Origin: an uncultured Gemmatimonadota bacterium
GTDB lineage: Bacteria; JAAXHH01
Length of the DNA: 58,581 nt
Reading direction: 5' to 3'
Assembly (NCBI GenBank): GCA_964655785.1
Contig: CAZZNP010000003.1
Coordinates: forward strand, 30,486 to 89,066
The position numbers and the translations under genes were made by a program. Below, piece after piece: positions 17,052 through 25,566 of the stretch. Each line of letters opens with the position of its first letter. Position 1 is the first letter of the stretch. The notes beneath the pieces are model-generated. The model worked only from the letters and a program-made list of their open reading frames with translations. It searched no databases and was not told the DNA's origin.

Positions 17052-17924
17052 CTAAAAAACATACCCCGTCTCCAGCCCCTGCCCCTCTTCGATCAGTCGC
17101 CGCGATCTGTCTTCCTTTGCCTGCAGTTCCGGGATGACGCGGATCACGTCGGTCAGCGCGGCCCGTGGAAAGGCCATCACGCCGTTCACGTCCGCGGCGA
17201 CCACGTCCCCGGGCGCGATTTCGATTCCTCCGCAGACCACCGGCACGTTGGCGGCTACCGGCCGGATCACCGAACCGGGACCGTACAGGCAGATTCCCGC
17301 CGCGTAGACGGGCAGTCCAACCTCTTCCATCCCCTCGATATCCCGACAGCCGCCGTCGGTCACCATCCCGGCCAGACCCTTCCGGCGACAGGCCAGTACG
17401 ATCACGTCTCCGAACATGCTGAGTATTTCCGACGTACCGCTGGCCGTAACCCAGATGGAACCGGGCTCCGCCTCGTCCACGGGACGAAATACGTATGACC
17501 GGATATCGTCCCTGGTGGTCTGGGTGTCGCTCTCTTCGTATTTAGTCGTCACTGCCGGTCCCACGATCGTGCCTTTGGAACCTATCATGGGACGCACGTC
17601 GCGGGACATGGCCAGGGCCGTGCGGTCGAAACCCAGCCGGCTCAGCGCATCCATGATCAGAGGGGTGGGCGCCTGGCGGAGTGTCTCATACGCATCCTGA
17701 GCGGCCACCGGATCCCGGGCATCCTGAGCGGCCAGCGGATCCCGGTCATCCTCCTGAGCGGCCAGCGGATCCCGGTCATCCTCCTGAGCGGCCACCGGAT
17801 CCCGGGCATCCTCCTGAGCGGCCCGGACCGTGTCGAGACCGGCCAGGCTTCCTGCGGCGGCAGCGGTCATACCTGTTTTCAAGAATCCTCTGCGAGACAG
17901 ACTTCGGTTCAGTGGGGACATCAT
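17052..17924 (-). CDS. RraA-family protein (RraA / 4-hydroxy-4-methyl-2-oxoglutarate aldolase-like) with Tat signal peptide and repeat linker
   Basis: 290 aa. It has a twin-arginine motif (SRRGFLK) plus an h-region and VRA-A cleavage site, then (AAQEDDRDPL)n. The RraA core shows MFGDVIVLACRRKGLAGMVTDGGCRD and GDVVAADVNGV. Confidence 0.8.
   Translation of the reverse strand: MMSPLNRSLSRRGFLKTGMTAAAAGSLAGLDTVRAAQEDARDPVAAQEDDRDPLAAQEDDRDPLAAQDARDPVAAQDAYETLRQAPTPLIMDALSRLGFDRTALAMSRDVRPMIGSKGTIVGPAVTTKYEESDTQTTRDDIRSYVFRPVDEAEPGSIWVTASGTSEILSMFGDVIVLACRRKGLAGMVTDGGCRDIEGMEEVGLPVYAAGICLYGPGSVIRPVAANVPVVCGGIEIAPGDVVAADVNGVMAFPRAALTDVIRVIPELQAKEDRSRRLIEEGQGLETGYVF
17693..17826. repeat. in-frame intragenic tandem repeat, 27/27/30/30 bp x4.6
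   Basis: catcct(cct)gagcggcca(c/g)cggatcccgg(g/t). It encodes (AAQED(D)RDP(V/L))n in the RraA-family protein. Confidence 0.9.
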
Positions 17925-17966
17925 GAACTCCTGTGCCAGGGCCTGGGCGTATCGACGACTGGAATC

Positions 17967-17988
17967 GTTTCCAGCCTGTTTCCAGGTC
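17967..17988. repeat. tandem duplication, 11 bp x2
   Basis: gtttccagcct gtttccaggtc, about 45 nt upstream of the RraA-family start on the minus strand. Confidence 0.7.
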
Positions 17989-18011
17989 GATGCCGTTGAA
18001 TGATTAAACTG

Positions 18012-18040
18012 TTGATACCATGGGATTCCCCATCTATTAT
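18012..18040 (+). promoter_or_regulatory. putative sigma70 promoter of the LarA-like gene (TTGATA-17-TATTAT)
   Basis: -35 at 18012-18017 and -10 at 18035-18040. Confidence 0.4.
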
Positions 18041-18141
18041 ACCTCTGGTTACGAACAAATGGAAAGATCCTGTAAAATCCCAGGGTCTACAAGCCTTTAA
18101 CGCGAAAACGTGCGGCGCCTTCCCGCAACGCGAGGTGCGCG

Positions 18142-19704
18142 ATGAAATACCTGACCTACTCCGGCAACAACATCGTTCACGCGGACCTGCCCGAAGAAGC
18201 GACGGTGTTCTTCCCGCCGCCGCCTTTGCCGGGCATCCCGAACAAGGATATTCCCAGCCGGGTCAGGGCGGCCTTCGAATCTCCCCTGGACATGCCGCCT
18301 CTGGAAGAACTGGTCGACGAAAAGAGCAGGATCCTCATTGCGTTCGATGACAATTGCCAGCCTTTCCCGGCTACCACGCCGCCCGATATCCGCCAGCTCG
18401 CCATCGAGGCCCTGGTGGATATGCTCTACGAATACGGGGTCAGGCAGGAGAACATCGAGCTCATGTGCGCGGTCGCCCTGCACCGCAAGATGAAGACCCA
18501 CGAAATGGCCGCCATGCTGGGCAAGCGGATCATGAAGGCCTTCCACCCCCGCCAACTGGTGAACTTCGACGCCGAGGACCCCGATGACATCGTCGTGCTC
18601 GGAACGACCGAAGAGGGAGAGCCGGTGGAGACCAGCCGTAAGGTCATCGAAAGCGACCTGGTGATCTACGTGGACTCCATCCAGATCCCGCTGAACGGGG
18701 GGCACAAGTCCGTGGCCGTCGGACTCGGGACCTACAACAGCATCGCGCCGCACCACGCGCCCCAGATGACCGCGGAGAAACCCCACGTCATGCAGCCCGA
18801 AGGTTCCGAAATGCACGGTTCGATCGAACGCATCAGCCGGGTCATTTTAAAACACACGCGTATCATGGTCCTGGAAGCCGCCATGAACAACGCGTCCTAT
18901 CCGCCGCTGATGCGTTATCTCAGCAAGCCGGCCGATCAATGCAACCTGTTCGAAAGAGTCCTGAAGGCCACGACGCCGGCGTCCATGAAACTGCTGCCCG
19001 AATCCGTGCGTTTCAAGGTCTTCAAGGGCCTTCGGAGCGCCTATCTTCCCGTCGATATCAACGCCGGTTCCATCGACGCCGTGCACGAACCGACCCTGCA
19101 GACGCTGAAAGAACAGTTGCTGGTTACGACCGATCACCAGCACGACACCCTGATATTCGGCCTTCCCGATCTGAGTCCCTATTCCGTTGGCACCCGGATC
19201 AACCCGGTGCTGGTCCTGAGCGATGTGCTCGGATACGTGTTCAACTGGTTCTACAACAAGCCCTTCGTCAAACCGGGCGGCGTAGTCATCATCCTGAACC
19301 CCGTCTTCGAGTTCTTCCATCCCGAGTACCACGTCGCCTATGAGAAATTCTGGAACGAGGTACTGCCGGAAACCCAGGATCCCTTCGAGATGCAGTCGGC
19401 GTTCCAGGACAAATTCGCTCGAGACCCGCACCTGGTCGAATGCTACCGGAACCGGTTCGCCCACCACGGTTTTCATCCCTTCACCGTCTGGTACTGGGCG
19501 ACCTACCCGCTGAAATACCTGTCCCGCGTCATCCTGGCCGGACCGAAGACCGACTTCGCGGCCAAAAGGCTGGGGGTATCCTGGGCGCCAGACCTCGAGC
19601 ACGCCCTGGGACAAGCCCGTGAGGTCACGGGCGGCGATGACGTGGTGGCGCTGACCATTCCGCCCTTCATGTATATGCAGGTGAACGACGGGACGGCCGG
19701 CTAG
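18142..19704 (+). CDS. LarA-like (lactate racemase N-terminal domain / DUF2088) protein
   Basis: 520 aa. ILIAFDDNCQPFP...AVALHRKM...NGGHKSVAVGLGTYNSIAPHH parallels the LarA His108 / Lys184 / His200 segments. Confidence 0.7.
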   Translation: MKYLTYSGNNIVHADLPEEATVFFPPPPLPGIPNKDIPSRVRAAFESPLDMPPLEELVDEKSRILIAFDDNCQPFPATTPPDIRQLAIEALVDMLYEYGVRQENIELMCAVALHRKMKTHEMAAMLGKRIMKAFHPRQLVNFDAEDPDDIVVLGTTEEGEPVETSRKVIESDLVIYVDSIQIPLNGGHKSVAVGLGTYNSIAPHHAPQMTAEKPHVMQPEGSEMHGSIERISRVILKHTRIMVLEAAMNNASYPPLMRYLSKPADQCNLFERVLKATTPASMKLLPESVRFKVFKGLRSAYLPVDINAGSIDAVHEPTLQTLKEQLLVTTDHQHDTLIFGLPDLSPYSVGTRINPVLVLSDVLGYVFNWFYNKPFVKPGGVVIILNPVFEFFHPEYHVAYEKFWNEVLPETQDPFEMQSAFQDKFARDPHLVECYRNRFAHHGFHPFTVWYWATYPLKYLSRVILAGPKTDFAAKRLGVSWAPDLEHALGQAREVTGGDDVVALTIPPFMYMQVNDGTAG

Positions 19705-20726
19705 GCCAGTGCGCTTCGCAGTCTTTTCACCAGGTCCGGGGATGGCGTAAAGGGCAGGGTGACCACCGTCCGGCTCAACGCGCTTTCGAATATCCCCAGG
19801 ATCACACTGAAATCGCTCAGCGCCGAATCGATGTTCAGCGGGTGAACGGCCGAGTCGTCTTCGATCCAGTCGATCATGGCTTCCGTCATCGCCGCCTGGC
19901 CCAGAATGTCTTCCTCGGCGTAGAGGTGTTCCCCGCTTTCGTACTTTCCGTCGATCCTGGATTCCCATCCGTGCATGGTCCAGTGCACAAACCCCTTCTC
20001 GCCGTACACCGCGATCCGCTTATGGACGTTTGTCGTCCCGCCGATGACAACGCGAGGGGCAACGGCGCCGCAACGGAGCAGGGCGCTCACGCCGTTGCCG
20101 TAGTTGATGACCCCGGTGCACTCGTCCGGCGCGTAGTGATGCCTGGGTGTTTCAACCAGCCCTTCCGCACCCGAGACCTGTCCGAAAACATCGACGGGCG
20201 CGGCACCGGAATTGAATGCGGTGACGGCCTGCAGCGCGTGGGTGCCCTGGTAAGCCGGGTTCATGCCCGCGCTGGCCTCGATGAAGCGCAGGTTCCCGAT
20301 GGCGCCATCGCGCACCTGCCTTTGCAGGCGGCTCCGGCGGGGATGAAAGTGAAGCTGGTGATTGACGGCGATCTTGACGCGGGCCGAACGGGCGAAGGCC
20401 TGGATTCCGAGAAAATCCTCGCCCTGGATGGCCAGGGGTTTCTCGACCAGGACGGCCGGCACGCCCGCCTCCGCCGCCGCTTCGAAGATCTCCAGACGTA
20501 CCGACGGCGGCGTGTTCACGTGGACCAGGTCGGGTTTTTCACGAGCGAGCATCTCGCGGTAGTCCGTATATCTCGATGATACGTCGAAGGCCGAACCGAA
20601 CGATTCGAGCCGGTCCGGCCGGCGGGTCGACACGGCAACAAGCCGGGCGCGCCGTACGTGGCTGTAGGCCTCTGCCAGCCCGCGGGCCCTCCCGCCGCCG
20701 ACCCCTATGATTGCTGATTTGATCAT
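19701..20726 (-). CDS. Gfo/Idh/MocA family oxidoreductase
   Basis: 341 aa with an N-terminal Rossmann segment (MIKSAIIGVGGGRARG) and the EKP motif (VLVEKPLA). Confidence 0.85.
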   Translation of the reverse strand: MIKSAIIGVGGGRARGLAEAYSHVRRARLVAVSTRRPDRLESFGSAFDVSSRYTDYREMLAREKPDLVHVNTPPSVRLEIFEAAAEAGVPAVLVEKPLAIQGEDFLGIQAFARSARVKIAVNHQLHFHPRRSRLQRQVRDGAIGNLRFIEASAGMNPAYQGTHALQAVTAFNSGAAPVDVFGQVSGAEGLVETPRHHYAPDECTGVINYGNGVSALLRCGAVAPRVVIGGTTNVHKRIAVYGEKGFVHWTMHGWESRIDGKYESGEHLYAEEDILGQAAMTEAMIDWIEDDSAVHPLNIDSALSDFSVILGIFESALSRTVVTLPFTPSPDLVKRLRSALA

Positions 20727-20783
20727 GATGAGCCTGCCTCGACCGATGTAGGCTACGCGTCCCGGACGGTAGCCCGATGCACA

Positions 20784-21803
20784 TCAGGACCAGGGCCGGA
20801 TGACGACCTTCGCGCATTCGCCGGACACCTGCTTCTCCCATGCGCGCTCTATTTCGTCAATGGGATACACGTGCGTGATGAATCGATCCAGTTTCTTCCT
20901 GTTTCGAGCAATGATGCCCATGATATCGTGGGCATCCTTCATGTTGTAATGCCAGGACCCTATCAGGTCGATGCCTTTGCGGATCATGTCGTCGCTGACG
21001 ACCAGACGCGTGTCCGCACCGCTTTCGCCGACGAAGGCAAGGCTTCCTCTCCTGCGCAGCGCGTCGATGCAGAACCTGTGCGCGGCCGGAGAACCAGAGC
21101 AGTCCACGGCCTTGTCGACACCGATTCCGCCGGTCAGGGTTCGGATACGTTCCGCCGCGTGTTCGTCCCCGGGATCGATGACGTGTGCCGCGCCCAGTTC
21201 CGTGGCCTTCGCCTTACGGTAGGGATGGGATTCCACGGCGATGACCTCGGCGCCCATGTAGCTCGCGCAGATCACGCCACCCAGGCCCACCGGTCCCATG
21301 CCCGTAATGAGTACGGTCTCGCCGCCCCTCAGCCGAAGACGATCCAGCGCGCCATAGGTCGGTCCCAGTCCGCAGCAGGCCATGGCCCCGTGTTCGTAGG
21401 ACATGCCATCCGGAATCGGCGTCAACAGCCAGTCCGGTTTGAGCATGTACTGCGCCAGGGTCGCCCTGCCTTCGTCGGAACCCGTGAACGCGGTGAAATC
21501 CACGACGTTTTCGCAGTGAATGTAGTCCCCGGAACGACAAAGCGCGCATCCTCCGCACGGATACTGCGGCATGACCGCTACCCGGTCTCCCACTTTGACA
21601 AGGCCGGGCTGGGCTACTTCGACCACCTCGCCCGCCGCTTCGTGACCGAGAAAGTCTGCCCTGTGGCCCGCCGCGAACCCCTTGTACTCGGTGCAGAGCG
21701 GCGCCGCGTGAATCTTGACCAGTACCCAGTCTTCTCTTGGTTTCGGTTTGTCGGCCTCGACCGTGCCGCCCTGGTTTCGACCGAGTATCACTGCTCTTTT
21801 CAT
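20784..21803 (-). CDS. zinc-dependent alcohol dehydrogenase (MDR superfamily)
   Basis: 339 aa. It has GHEAAGEVV (catalytic Zn), CGGCALCRSGDYIHC (structural Zn) and ITGMGPVGLG (NAD). Confidence 0.85.
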   Translation of the reverse strand: MKRAVILGRNQGGTVEADKPKPREDWVLVKIHAAPLCTEYKGFAAGHRADFLGHEAAGEVVEVAQPGLVKVGDRVAVMPQYPCGGCALCRSGDYIHCENVVDFTAFTGSDEGRATLAQYMLKPDWLLTPIPDGMSYEHGAMACCGLGPTYGALDRLRLRGGETVLITGMGPVGLGGVICASYMGAEVIAVESHPYRKAKATELGAAHVIDPGDEHAAERIRTLTGGIGVDKAVDCSGSPAAHRFCIDALRRRGSLAFVGESGADTRLVVSDDMIRKGIDLIGSWHYNMKDAHDIMGIIARNRKKLDRFITHVYPIDEIERAWEKQVSGECAKVVIRPWS

Positions 21804-21838
21804 AAAGATTCCTCAGGCGGCCGTCCTGGTTTCGACCG
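21765..21838. repeat. direct repeat, 19 bp (14 exact) spaced 55 bp, flanking a start codon
   Basis: gccgccctggtttcgaccg (21765-21783) and gccgtcctggtttcgaccg (21820-21838) bracket the Zn-ADH ATG (cat 21801-21803). Confidence 0.8.
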
Positions 21839-21935
21839 CGACGTGAATCAGCGCGGGGTTTGTAATTTGTAAGCCGCAATATAACATCCGTCCGAACTTG
21901 ACGCAATAAACCACAGGTTGTTACTTGGTAAGTCA

Positions 21936-23183
21936 ATGAGCAGACTATACCACAACGAATCCGGCCGGGTCATCCCGTCACTGTGCGAGGAACTCACGCG
22001 GTTCCGGCGGGCCCGGGCGGTCCTGGATCTTCCGGAAACGGGATCGGACGCGGTCCTCTTCGTTCTGGCACGGCCACATCGGGCCGGCGATAATCCCCTT
22101 AACCTTTCTGTCAACGGGATAAGTCAGGAAGCTATACAAGCCGGACCGGACCCACATCACAAATGGCATGACCGGGTCGTAAAGGCCGGTAACCTGCGCG
22201 AAGGGAACAACGTGGTGGAGTTGTGGACCGAAGACAGCGCGATGACCGGATGGTCGCTCGCGCTGGAGGCGGGAAGCGACGCGGCCGGCAGTTTCCTTTC
22301 CGATGACGGCGGCAAACGCTGGCGCACTGACCGCATGGGATACCTGAACGCGGTGCGGGGGGAATACTGCGTGCGCATGCGGCTGCAGGAAGGCCGGGAC
22401 GACCCGCCTCCGGACATGATATGGGAGACCGCCGGCCATCCGAGGGCACAGTCGCTACGCGATTTGCTCCCACGCCGCGTCGCTAACGCCACCGACCGGC
22501 TTGCGCAGGTACGTGAACTGTCTTCCTGGCTGGCTTCGAGCTGGGAACATTCCGGGGCCCGGCGTGCTACGGTCTACGCGCCGTGGGACGCCCAAACCAT
22601 ACTCGCATGGGGCGCCAGCCAACGCGGTCATAACGGCGAGCGTCCCATCACCATGTGCGTACATTATGCCGTGGCCTTCGTCAGTGCCTGCCAGGCGCTT
22701 CGCATTCCGGCGCGCTGCGCCGCGTTGATGGGCACGCCGAACAGCTACGAGGGCCATTTCGTGGCGGAGGTCTGGTTCGAGGAACATCGGAAATGGGTGA
22801 TGGTCGACCCCAACTGCGACGCGATTGTGTTCCGTAACGGGCAGCCTCTGTCCATCGAGGAGATACAGGCATTGGGTGACGGACTGGAACCGTACGTGGA
22901 ATGGGGTAGCGGAACGCGGTACCAGCGGACTTTCTCCCACATACGCGATTTCATTCGCAACAGTCTGCTTCGCGGGGTTTGCTTCCGGCACAGGAGCGTC
23001 TGGCCGCGGACCGACTTCCTGTCTCATCCCGAACATACGCCACCGGGCCACGGATCGGTATCCTACTGTGAGACCGACCTGGTATGGGCGGAACCGGATG
23101 TGGAATCAGGCTTCGGGATGTTCAGATATTTCGCACCGCCCGGATACTTCTCCGCGCCACCGGACAGGACCGCCTATGCCTGA
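21936..23183 (+). CDS. transglutaminase-like (Cys-His-Asp papain-fold) domain protein
   Basis: The ORF is taken from ATG 21936. The core is ITMCVHYAVAFVSACQALRIPARC ... EGHFVAEVWFEEHRKWVMVDPN (C..H..D). There is no signal peptide. Confidence 0.65.
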   Translation: MSRLYHNESGRVIPSLCEELTRFRRARAVLDLPETGSDAVLFVLARPHRAGDNPLNLSVNGISQEAIQAGPDPHHKWHDRVVKAGNLREGNNVVELWTEDSAMTGWSLALEAGSDAAGSFLSDDGGKRWRTDRMGYLNAVRGEYCVRMRLQEGRDDPPPDMIWETAGHPRAQSLRDLLPRRVANATDRLAQVRELSSWLASSWEHSGARRATVYAPWDAQTILAWGASQRGHNGERPITMCVHYAVAFVSACQALRIPARCAALMGTPNSYEGHFVAEVWFEEHRKWVMVDPNCDAIVFRNGQPLSIEEIQALGDGLEPYVEWGSGTRYQRTFSHIRDFIRNSLLRGVCFRHRSVWPRTDFLSHPEHTPPGHGSVSYCETDLVWAEPDVESGFGMFRYFAPPGYFSAPPDRTAYA

Positions 23184-24189
23184 CCTGATCGCGAGCGAAG
23201 CAGCACTGATCGACCGGATGACGACGCCGTCGCAGGCAGTCGTCCAGGCCGTTTCCGAGCTCGACGGCGACGTGATGATTCTGGGAGCCGGCGGCAAGAT
23301 GGGACCGACCCTGGCGGAACTCCTCGTTCGGGCGGGCGCGCGGCGCGTCATCGGGGTCTCACGGTTCGGCGACGCAAAGACCAGGGCCTATCTCGATGAA
23401 GTGGGCGTGGATACCGTCAGAGCGGACCTGCTCGACGAGGCGGATCTGGACCGCCTTCCAGATGCGCCGTACGTCCTCTTCCTCGCGGGATTCAAGTTTG
23501 GCGCCACGGGCAATACGCCCATGACGTGGGCGATGAACGCCTGGCTGCCCGGCCGTGTCATGCAGCGTTATGCCAGGTCACGGATCATCTACGTCAGTTC
23601 CGGCAACGTGTATGCCTATACGCCGGTCACGGGAACCGGCTCTGGCGAAGAAGCTGAAATCGGTCCGGTCGGAGAATATGCCCAGTCGAGACTGGGCGGG
23701 GAACGCATCGCAGAGCATCTTTCCGCCGAACAAGGCACGCCGCTGCTCATCGTGCGGCTCTTCTACGCCACGGAACTGCGTTACGGCATTATACACGACC
23801 TGGGCAGAAAGGTCCACGAGGACGTGCCGATCGATCTGGCCATGGGTCACGTGAACCAGATCTGGCAGGGAGACGCGAACAGCTACCTGGCCCGCATGTT
23901 CCCGTTCTGCAGCAGTCCCGCCGCGATCCTGAACCTGACAGGGCCGGATATGCTGTCCGTACGGTCGATGTCCGAAATGCTTGGCCGCCGGCTGGAAAGG
24001 ACGCCTCGTTTTGCAGGCAGCGAAAGCGATACGGCATTGCTCGGCGACGCCCGCCGGCTATTTGACAGGCTGGGCAAACCGGAGATACCGGCCGAAAGGA
24101 TAGCGGACTGGGTCGCCCACTGGATCCGCATCGGGGGCCGAAGCCTGGATAAACCGACCGGCTACGAGTCGCGCTCCGGACGTTTCTGA
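23176..24189 (+). CDS. NAD-dependent epimerase/dehydratase family (extended SDR-like) protein
   Basis: An internal ATG at 23176 overlaps the upstream stop (ATGCCTGA). It has a Rossmann motif (MILGAGGKMG). The active-site region reads EYAQSR, so YxxxR sits where YxxxK is usual. Confidence 0.75.
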   Translation: MPDLIASEAALIDRMTTPSQAVVQAVSELDGDVMILGAGGKMGPTLAELLVRAGARRVIGVSRFGDAKTRAYLDEVGVDTVRADLLDEADLDRLPDAPYVLFLAGFKFGATGNTPMTWAMNAWLPGRVMQRYARSRIIYVSSGNVYAYTPVTGTGSGEEAEIGPVGEYAQSRLGGERIAEHLSAEQGTPLLIVRLFYATELRYGIIHDLGRKVHEDVPIDLAMGHVNQIWQGDANSYLARMFPFCSSPAAILNLTGPDMLSVRSMSEMLGRRLERTPRFAGSESDTALLGDARRLFDRLGKPEIPAERIADWVAHWIRIGGRSLDKPTGYESRSGRF

Positions 24190-24283
24190 GTGTGGCCGGC
24201 GTTCGATCCGACAGACGTTTCAGGGGACGAACACGCCCCTTAACGGTTAAGACCCTCCCATGGGATGAATTGAAACGATTCAG

Positions 24284-25360
24284 ATGCGGAGTGTATTCAT
24301 GAGTAATGTAATGCTCCCGGCAGTCAGCGCGGCGATGAAGCGAGGCGTGGTCATCCCGGCCCATCCCCTGGCAGTCACGGCGGAGCGAAAACTCGACGAA
24401 CGGCGGCAGCGTGCCCTCACGCGTTACTATCTCGCCTCCGGCGCAGGTGGGGTTGCCGTGGGCGTTCATACGACCCAGTTCGAGATCCGGGATCCGGCAT
24501 ACGGACTTTACGAACCGGTGCTCGGATTGGCCGCGGAGGTTCTGGACCGGGAAGCGCAGGCGGATTTTATACGGATCGCCGGGATCTGTGGACAAACGGC
24601 GCAGGCGGTTCACGAGGCGGAAACGGCACGATCTCTCGGCTACCATGCCGGCCTGCTGAGTCTGACTGCCATGGGCGGCGCTTCGGAGGACGACCTCATC
24701 GCGCACTGCCGGGCCGTGGCCGACACCATACCCGTCATGGGATTCTACCTGCAGCCGGCCGTCGGCGGCCTGGTGCTCCCCTTTCGATTCTGGCGTCGCT
24801 TCGTCGAACTCGACGGGGTCGTGGCCATTAAGGTCGCGGCATTCAACCGGTACCACACGCTCGATGTGCTGAGGGCCCTGGCGGAATCGGGCAGGCACGA
24901 TGAGATCACGCTTTACACGGGCAACGACGACAACATCGTGATGGATCTCCTTACCGAGCACACATTCCTGTGCGGGAACACGCGGAGGTCGGTACGTTTC
25001 AAGGGCGGGCTGCTGGGACACTGGGCCGTGTGGACCCGTGGAGCGGTGGAGTTGCTGCGGGCGTGCCATGGCGTCTCCCGGTCCGGCGAGGCGATCCCCC
25101 GGGACCTGGTGACCCGGTCGATCGAGGTCACGGACTGCAACGCAGCCTTCTTCGATCCGGCCCACGATTTCGCCGGGTGCATCTCCGGAATCCACGAGGT
25201 GCTGCGCAGGCAGGGCCTGCTAGAGGGCACCTGGTGCCTCAATCCCGATGAGACCCTTTCGCCCGGCCAATACGAGGAAATCGACCGCGTATACCGCGCC
25301 TATCCCCATTTGAACGACGACGACTTCGTCGCCGAACACCTGGATGATTGGCTCGAATGA
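24284..25360 (+). CDS. dihydrodipicolinate synthase family (class I aldolase) protein
   Basis: 358 aa with VIPAHPLAVT..., GAGGVAVGVHTTQF, a candidate Schiff-base Lys in VVAIKVAAFN, and YTGNDD. The stop codon lies inside the 54-bp repeat. Confidence 0.75.
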   Translation: MRSVFMSNVMLPAVSAAMKRGVVIPAHPLAVTAERKLDERRQRALTRYYLASGAGGVAVGVHTTQFEIRDPAYGLYEPVLGLAAEVLDREAQADFIRIAGICGQTAQAVHEAETARSLGYHAGLLSLTAMGGASEDDLIAHCRAVADTIPVMGFYLQPAVGGLVLPFRFWRRFVELDGVVAIKVAAFNRYHTLDVLRALAESGRHDEITLYTGNDDNIVMDLLTEHTFLCGNTRRSVRFKGGLLGHWAVWTRGAVELLRACHGVSRSGEAIPRDLVTRSIEVTDCNAAFFDPAHDFAGCISGIHEVLRRQGLLEGTWCLNPDETLSPGQYEEIDRVYRAYPHLNDDDFVAEHLDDWLE

Positions 25361-25520
25361 ACGTGCCGGCTGGGATGAATGTGCAAGGATGATCGTGCCG
25401 GCAGGGATGAATGTGCAGAGCCGGATGGGCAGGCCGGTGGGAATGAACGTGCCGGCAGGGATGAATGTGCAGAGCCGGATGGGCAGGCCGGTGGGAACGA
25501 TCGTGCCGGCAGGGATGAAC
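25355..25520. repeat. tandem repeat, 54 bp x~3
   Basis: A full unit, gaatgaacgtgccggcagggatgaatgtgcagagccggatgggcaggccggtgg, is at 25441-25494. A near-copy is at 25387-25440, with partial copies at 25355 and 25495. The first partial copy holds the TGA (25358-25360) of the DHDPS-like gene. Confidence 0.9.
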
Positions 25521-25566
25521 CACAGGCCATAGCTGAAGAACCGATCAGCCGGAAACGGAGCAGCAA

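Noticed and set aside
19701-19704. Convergent genes sharing stop-codon nucleotides (CTAG at 19701-19704; TTAG at 40039-40042)
   Set aside because: This is real but trivial gene packing. There is no evidence of antisense regulation or any other function.
22825-23175. The N-terminal extensions of track ORFs 22825..24189 and 28892..31609
   Set aside because: The extensions overlap the preceding well-supported genes out of frame and are low-complexity. Internal ATGs at 23176 and 29930 overlap the upstream stops and give family-typical N-termini.
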